DNA from: Eledone cirrhosa
Taxonomy: Eukaryota
Reading direction: 5' to 3'
NCBI GenBank assembly: GCA_964016885.1
Contig: OZ024759.1
Location: forward strand, 10,850,001-10,914,000
DNA: 64,000 nt
Shown: one piece after another, positions 56,606 to 64,000 of the stretch
Numbering within the stretch: the stretch's first letter is position 1
How the letters are laid out: the number at the start of each line of letters is the position of its first letter
The notes under the pieces: model-generated
Seen by the model: the letters and a program-made list of their open reading frames with translations, nothing else
Database searches by the model: none
Told to the model about the DNA's origin: nothing
Position numbers and translations under genes: made by a program

Positions 56606-56917
56606 CACATGCATTTATAAGATCATCATCATGTATATACATTTATATATATATGACATAAGCCGAAACCACTTGGTGCCATGGCCAGGATTTTACCTAT
56701 CTCTCTATACACACACACATGCATATATATATATATATATATATATCATCATCATCATCAACGTTTAACGTCCGTGTTCCACGCTTGCATGGGTTTGGAC
56801 GGGGGTAGTCCCACTTGAGGCAAGAGTGATTGTCTTGCTCGCATAGGACTGTATATATATATATATATATATATATAAACGTCTGGCAAAATTCTACGGC
56901 CGGATGCCCTTCCTGAC

Positions 56918-56960
<43 letters not shown>

Positions 56961-57264
56961 GTATGTCTGTATACTCATGTAAAAGTTGAAAATTGTTTTT
57001 TCACAATTGGGTTAAATTTATATGGTCAACCACTACATGGGTGCTACATTGAAAGGGTTAAAATTCACATTTCAATCTAAAATACTGTATCAATGAGAAG
57101 AAACCGAAATAGTTTCTAAATTAACAATGATTTAAACCTTTAGCATTTACATGACTATACTGTTGTATTTTTGTGGAAAAGGCTCGATCTCACATAATAT
57201 CGAATCTGCAAGATTTTGATGATTTATTTTGAGAACAATACCTTAACATAAATATAAGCAGTCG

Positions 57265-57680
57265 GTTACAGCCAGTTTGAACCGGAAAGAGGTGAGAGAA
57301 TTCTGGCCTGATACAGCCAGTTTGAACCAGAAAGAGGTGAGAGAATTTTGGCCTGATACAGCCAGTTTGAACAGAAAGAGGTGAGAGAATTCTGGCCTGA
57401 TACAGCCAGTTTGAACCAGAAAGAGGTGAGAGAATTCTGGTCTGATACAGCCAGTTTGAACCAGAAAGAGGTGAGAGAATTCTGGCCTGATACAGCCAGT
57501 TTGAACCAGAAAGAGGTGAGAGAATTCTGGCCTGATACAGCCAGTTTGAACAGAAAGAGGTGAGAGAATTCTGGCCTGATACAGCCAGTTTGAACAGAAA
57601 GAGGTGAGAGAATTCTGGTCTGATACAGCCAGTTTGAACAGAAAGAGGTGAGAGAATTCTGGCCTGATACAGCCGATTTA
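57265..57680. repeat. 44-45-bp minisatellite (~9 copies) inside the TTAA-MITE at 57132-57696
   Basis: Unit cagccagtttgaaccagaaagaggtgagagaattctggcctgata; single-copy in other MITE copies (30490-30545). Confidence 0.92.
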
Positions 57681-58151
57681 AATGCTAAAGGGTTAATCAA
57701 ACAAATAATATCATTGTTTTTACATCTGTGTTTCTATGGGTTATTAATTATAAATTACAGTAATAGTTGTTTCTAAATTGAGAAGACGAGCAGTGTTTTG
57801 GATGGGAAAATAGATTATACCAATCATGACTGGTACAATACTTTGTTGATCCCCAAGAGATAAAAAGGCTAAGTTGGTCTCGGATTTTTTATTCAGATCG
57901 CAAAAAGTTGGAACAAATTCCATAATGACATTTTATCTGACGCTCTACCAATTCTACCAAACCACCACCTTAATTAAACTAAATATACTGGTGTTTCTAG
58001 ACATTACAATACATTTCCTACCGAAACATATAAAATAAGGCAGAGTGTCTCATATAAATGTTATCACTTGCGTAAATCAAAAACAAGATAATGTAGAAAA
58101 ATTCATTTCGACATTTCCACATTTTATGTTCAGGATAATCTTGACTCTCTA

Positions 58152-58400
58152 ATGTTGATCTGTTGAAGGAAGACCATCTGTTGATCTGTTGACCTTGAAG
58201 GGTGATCAAATGGCGATTTGTTGACTTTGAAAGTTGATCTGTTGAAGGAGGACCATCTGTTGATCTGTTGACCTTGAAGGGTGATCAAAGGGCGATCTGT
58301 TGACTTTTAAAGTTGATCTGTTGAAGGAGGACCATCTGTTGATCTGTTGACCTTGAAGGGTGATCAAATGGTGATCTGTTGACATGAAGGAAGATCAAAT
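58152..58400. repeat. ~79-bp tandem repeat, 3 copies
   Basis: gttgatctgttgaaggaggaccatctgttgatctgttgaccttgaagggtgatcaaa. Confidence 0.9.
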
Positions 58401-58456
58401 GTTATTTGGCAAAAGAAAGAATAAGAGTTGACTTTTACACAAGTATATACAGTGTG

Positions 58457-58499
<43 letters not shown>

Positions 58500-58590
58500 T
58501 ATATATATGTATATATATATGCATATATACATATATATATGCATACATATATATATATATATACACACACACATATATATATATATACAT

Positions 58591-58623
<33 letters not shown>

Positions 58624-58626
58624 CAT

Positions 58627-58659
<33 letters not shown>

Positions 58660-58662
58660 CAT

Positions 58663-58694
<32 letters not shown>

Positions 58695-58878
58695 TAGAAG
58701 CTTCAATGCACATATTTTTTGTCTATGAAATTCTGCATGAAAGCCCCTAGGTGGGAAGGCTGATGATGTCAACTTTTTTTCTGCCCAGGGGCTTTATGCC
58801 CAATTTATTAGACTATTTTTTGTAGTAAAAAAAAAAAAAAGAAATGTGCTTTGAAGCTTCTAACTCTAGGTTAATTTT

Positions 58879-58948
<70 letters not shown>

Positions 58949-59095
58949 CTATAGGGGTCTTTTGATCTGGTTTTCTAAAGCTATTTTCAAATATATATTT
59001 TTTTCCTTTTTTTTTTTTTGTGCTGCGAACATATCGCAGCTGAGAAGAAGTATTATGTGGTTGGGTCAAATGAAGACATTATCTATATACTGAAT

Positions 59096-59284
59096 GCGTC
59101 AAAGCATGGCGTCCTATCGGTAGAGGGTCGGACGCCATGCTTTGACGCATAGAGTTACGGCCCTTGCCATTCTGAGTTCAAATCCCGCCGAGGTTAACTT
59201 TGCCTTTCATCCTTACGGGGTCGATAAAATAAAGTACCAGTAATACACTGGGTAATTGCTGGCCTTGTGCCAAAAGTAGAAACA
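59096..59284 (+). mobile_element. 5'-truncated family 2 SINE with a short inverted 5' duplication
   Basis: TSD attatctatatactgaat; gcgtcaaagcatggcgtcc is the reverse complement of the internal ggacgccatgctttgacgc. Confidence 0.82.
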
Positions 59285-60879
59285 ATTATCTATATACTGA
59301 ATACAGGGGTTATTAGCCTTCCGGTCCCTTATAACAGACTCCACATTGATCCTGGAGTAATGTTTGTGGTAATGTTTTACAATCAGGTGGCCCTTCCTGG
59401 CACCAAACTCTTTTTAGCTACCCCCTTAGGACATGCTGTGGTACAAGTAGGACTATTCTAAACTGTATACACACAGCATATTGAAGGACAAATATATATT
59501 TATTTACATAGTAACATGGTAAAGGTATACTCGCCCACTGGGCAGTCCTATTGACCCCGTTTGGTGAACTTGATGTAAAGTTAAAGTATTTAGCTGTTTC
59601 TTAAGTATATTATCGGGATAAATGAAATGGTCACTACCAAGAATTAACTGGCCCAGAAACCTACCACCTACACCACAGTGCTTGCCCTCACTATATTACT
59701 GGTACTTGTTATATTCACCATAGCCAACCCCCCACCATCTAAGTAAAGGGGCAGGACAGGTATAGTTGATCCCAGTGAAATTTTGAAGACAGTTCAAGAC
59801 CCCATGTTTAAAGAAAAGAAACATACATAACGTGGGGTCCCATCTCAGAGACTGTTTTCATTTAAGGAGTTAAAATGAAATATCATCATCGTCGTTTAAC
59901 GTCTGTCTTCCCTGCTTGTAAGGGTTGAGCAGGTAGGTTGTCATAGACTGCTCAGAGCATCTGGAGGCCTGCACTCTGTAGTGTGCACCGACTGCATCTT
60001 ATTGTGGCACTGCCACCAGGGAAGCTGTCATGTCTTTGGCACCACTGACACATGCACACACACACATGTGTGTGTGTGTGTGTATGAATACGTACATATA
60101 TGTGTGTATATACATGTATATATATATATGTGTGTGTGTGTGTATGAATACGTACATATGTGTGTGTGTATGAATACATATATATATGTGTGTGTGTGTG
60201 TGAATACATGTGTGTGTATATACATATATATATATAATGTGTGTGTGTGTATGAATACATATATGTGTGTATATATATGTGTGTGTGTGTATGAATACAT
60301 GTGTGTATATATATGTGTGTGTGTATGAATACATGTGTATATGTGTGTGTGTATATGAATACATACATATATGTGTGTGTGTGTATGAATACATACATAT
60401 ATCTGTGTATATACATGTATATATATATGTGTGTGTATGAATACATATATGTCATCATCATCATCATTGTTTAACGTGTGTGTCCAGTTTAGTGTTATAC
60501 TGTTAGTCATTTAATGCTACTTAAACCGAGATAAGCTTGACCTGATGACTCTCCAGGCTTGAAACAGACTTTAACTATGACTGTCAGCTGATCAAGTTCA
60601 ATAATTTATTACTGGCACCTTTTTTTAGTCCCCCCCCCTTTTTTTTTTGTTTTCTTCTTTCATTTAGTCCCCCCTCCTTTTTCTTCTTCTTTCATTTAGT
60701 CCCCCCCCCTCCTTTTTCTTCTTCTTTCATTTAGTTCCCCCCCACCCCATCTATCACACATCTTCTTTTCACCTTTTCATTTAGTAGTGGCTTTCATCAC
60801 CTTTTACCTCGTTACATGTATGTTTGATTAAAGCTTAACAAAAAATTGAATGAATAATAATATGTGTGTGTGTGTGAGT

Positions 60880-61215
60880 CCCGGCGTCACTCAGTTGTAA
60901 CCACAGTAAGTAAGGTACTCAATACATAGAGTATATACAAGATTTAATATAGAAATGGCTTCTACAGGACTAGAACTGTTTCATTTGAAGGAAATCATCA
61001 AGATAGCCCTGATGATTTCCTTCGAATGAAACAGTTCTATTCCTGTAGAAGCTATTTCTATATTAAATCTTATATATTAGTAAAAATAGAGGATCTATCT
61101 ATCACAAGCTCAACAATTTCGGCCAGTTACCTCTATTTTTACTAATATACCCAATCTGCATCACACCATGTATTGAGTACTTCTGATTTGTGGTCTTCTG
61201 GTTCCACTACCACAG
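60880..61215. mobile_element. Penelope-like element remnant with head-to-head inverted pLTR
   Basis: ~62-bp inverted arms at 60939-61000 and 61010-61071 containing ctgatga..gaaac; tattgagtac motif on both sides; homologous to 15148-15255. Confidence 0.6.
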
Positions 61216-61229
61216 ACTATCAATATATA

Positions 61230-61276
<47 letters not shown>

Positions 61277-61290
61277 GCGTGTGTGTATGT

Positions 61291-61324
<34 letters not shown>

Positions 61325-61779
61325 GTGTGTGTGCATGTATGTATGTATATATATATATCAAATATTAAACAAGCAAATCAATCAAAGGGGAGATAGATAA
61401 GTGATTAGTTAAGGAGATTACAAGCCTGTAGAGAGAAGTTTAGTGTGCTCAATGCGTATAGTTTGCAAGACAGGCAAAGAAAGCGAGTAATTCAAAGAAA
61501 ATATGTCTAGCAGAATTATTATAAGCAGAGCTTCAAAGCATGAACTAAATGTCAGAGAAAAGAACAACAAATTTTTTAATACATATATTTACTGTCTGAC
61601 ACATCTGAAGAGGGTACTGAATCATGCTTTTATTTCCACTGCTTGCTTATCCATTTTTGGATCGCTGATAATATCATCCATGTACAAATTAATGATTCGG
61701 TTTCCAAAACAAGTCGTCAGCCAGTAAATCTATGTATTCAAAACTTTTCTCTGACATTTAATTCATGCTATATATATAT

Positions 61780-62115
61780 ATCATCATCATCATCATCATC
61801 ATTTTACGCCAGCTTTTCCCTGCTTGCAAGGGTGGGACGGGAACTGATTCTAGCTTGATTTCTACAGCTGGATGCCCTTCCTAACACCAACCTCATTTAC
61901 AGTGAGTGCTGGGTGCTTTTTTGCCGTGGCACCTCCACGACCACTTTGCAGTGGAATGATGGGGACCCCAGTCCCTATCATCTCATTTCTACAGCTGAGT
62001 AAACTGGAGCAATGTGAAATAAAGTGTCTTGTTCAAGGAAACAACACATTACCGGTCTGAGAATTGAACTCTCGACCTTTCGATTGCAAGGCCAATGCTC
62101 TAACCACTAAGCCTG
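61780..62115 (-). mobile_element. Family 1 SINE (tail type A)
   Basis: Reverse complement of 17237-17582. Confidence 0.88.
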
Positions 62116-62177
62116 TATAAATATATATATATGTATCATCATCATCATCATCATCATATTACATCCGCTTTGTCCTG

Positions 62178-62225
<48 letters not shown>

Positions 62226-62438
62226 ATACTAATAAGTTGACGGGACTAGCATGGGTTTCCCTGCTAGTACCAGTTGCATCTCAGCGTACTCAATAGGTAA
62301 TGTTAAGTAAACTCCTAGAGTAGACACATGGTTATTCACTTTAACACAACACACATAAATGGGTACCTTCAATCTATACCCAAACTTCTGCCACACTTCA
62401 TGCAGCAATAGAGTGTACAGCATCCACTGTGTGTCTGC

Positions 62439-62474
<36 letters not shown>

Positions 62475-62705
62475 GTGAGGAAGCAAGGAAGGCCTGTCAA
62501 AACCTGGTTGATGTTTGTGGATTAAGACGTGGCAGACATAAGTCTGGCCCTGGAATAGGCATGAGATAGGGCTTGTGACTATGTGGAATGGAGATCTCTT
62601 GTCACCCAATGTTATATGGGGAGCAATGGGAAGCTAAAGAATACATATATCACCCATCTATTCATCTCTATCCCTACTATATATGTTTGTGTGTGTATAT
62701 ATATA

Positions 62706-63310
62706 TATAATAGTGTTTTGCTTGAAAGCTACCACTATGAGAATTGGAGAGTAAAAGTTAAATGTTACTTTGTAGTTCTTTAAAGGTCTTTTATACTCAA
62801 AAAGATTAAGAAGAAACTAGTTCAGAGTTGTATATTTTTCACTCTTAAGCTGCCATTTTGGGAAATTTAAAAGTGGTTTTTATCCTGAAATATAAAAGAC
62901 CTATAAATATAATAGTGTTTCGTTTGAAAGCTACCACTATGAGAATTGGAGAGTAAAAGTTAAATGTTACTTTGCAGTTCTTTAAAGGTCTTTTATACTC
63001 AAAAAGATTAAGAAGAAACTAGTTCAGAGTTGTCTATTTGTCACTCTTAAGCTGCCATTTTGGGAAATTTAAAAGTGGTTTTTATTCTGAAATATAAAAG
63101 ACCTATATATATGATAGTGTTTCGTTTGAAAGCTACCACTATGAGAATTGGAGAGTAAAAGTTAAATGTTACTTTGTAGTTCTTTAAAGGTCTTTTATAC
63201 TCAAAAAGATTAAGAAGAAACTAGTTCAGAGTTGTATATTTGTCACTCTTAAGCTGCCATTTTGGGAAATTTAAAAGTGGTTTTTATCCTGAAATATAAA
63301 AGACCTATAA
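62706..63310. repeat. ~202-bp tandem repeat, 3 copies
   Basis: atagtgtttcgtttgaaagctaccactatgagaattggagag...aaagacctata occurs three times. Confidence 0.93.
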
Positions 63311-63779
63311 AAAAAAAAGCTACATAATTATTGTATTTTAACATTTACTGTCCAATTTACCTTGTGATAGTTTTTAAACGAAACATTTATCTCATTTTAC
63401 ACAATACTTCAAGTTAACCACTATACCCTCTTCTTATATATATACTAGCAGAATGGCTCGGCGTTGCTCGGAATTTGCTCTAGGGTTCTTATATATTTGA
63501 TATATATTTATCCTTATCGAGCCTCGTGAAATAAATACATTTGTTTACATTTTGTTATTGTGTATGCAAAAATATCTGTACACGAATATATAAATATATA
63601 TATATATATTAAAATAACAGATTAAAGTTTAAGCAAAGAATTGCTGCTTTCACCCTTAACAGGATCTTCTGAAACTAGAAAATTAAATCTGTGAACGCAG
63701 AAATAAATATTTCGAAAAACATTGCACACTATATATATATATATATACGATATTAAACAAATGGAAACTATATTTATAT

Positions 63780-63828
<49 letters not shown>

Positions 63829-64000
63829 CACATATACATACACACACACACACATAGCGTCATAATGTCGTAATGCAGACAGATATAAGGGCACAATGTT
63901 ATATCTGTGTATCTATCTAAAAAGAAAGACTAAGAATTATAGAGAGAGATCGTTAAATCGCCTAATGCGGTCCCTAGGGCATTGAAAATTTGAAATTTTT

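Noticed and set aside
60530-60580. ctgatga..gaaac hammerhead-like motif
   Set aside because: No stem II or stem I pairing; it resembles the SINE-tail-like sequence also seen at ~50190-50330.

Overview
Eukaryotic, AT-rich, repeat-dense animal DNA. An octopus-like cephalopod source is inferred from the SINE/RTE landscape and the microsatellites. The window holds one complete protein-coding gene, KAT7/HBO1 (MYST histone acetyltransferase), on the + strand from about 11.6 to 54.4 kb. It has 13-14 GT-AG coding exons with consistent phases, giving about 536-544 aa. Nearly every intron is inflated by its own minisatellite (28-105 bp units, up to 7 kb). Several arrays visibly derive from SINE or MITE bodies or from the intron's own splice signals. 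The remainder is tRNA-derived SINEs (two families), RTE and L1/Tx1 LINE fragments, mariner/hAT/piggyBac-like MITEs, Penelope-like pLTR pieces and microsatellites. The long ORFs in the ORF track are repeat artefacts. Most notable observations: an intact-looking type I hammerhead ribozyme (14065-14136, minus strand) with related degenerate copies; exon 3 bracketed by inverted repeat arrays; a duplicated decoy acceptor/half-exon; splice-signal-derived minisatellites; and a PHD finger inside an RTE reverse transcriptase ORF. All coordinates were counted by eye and no database searches were run.
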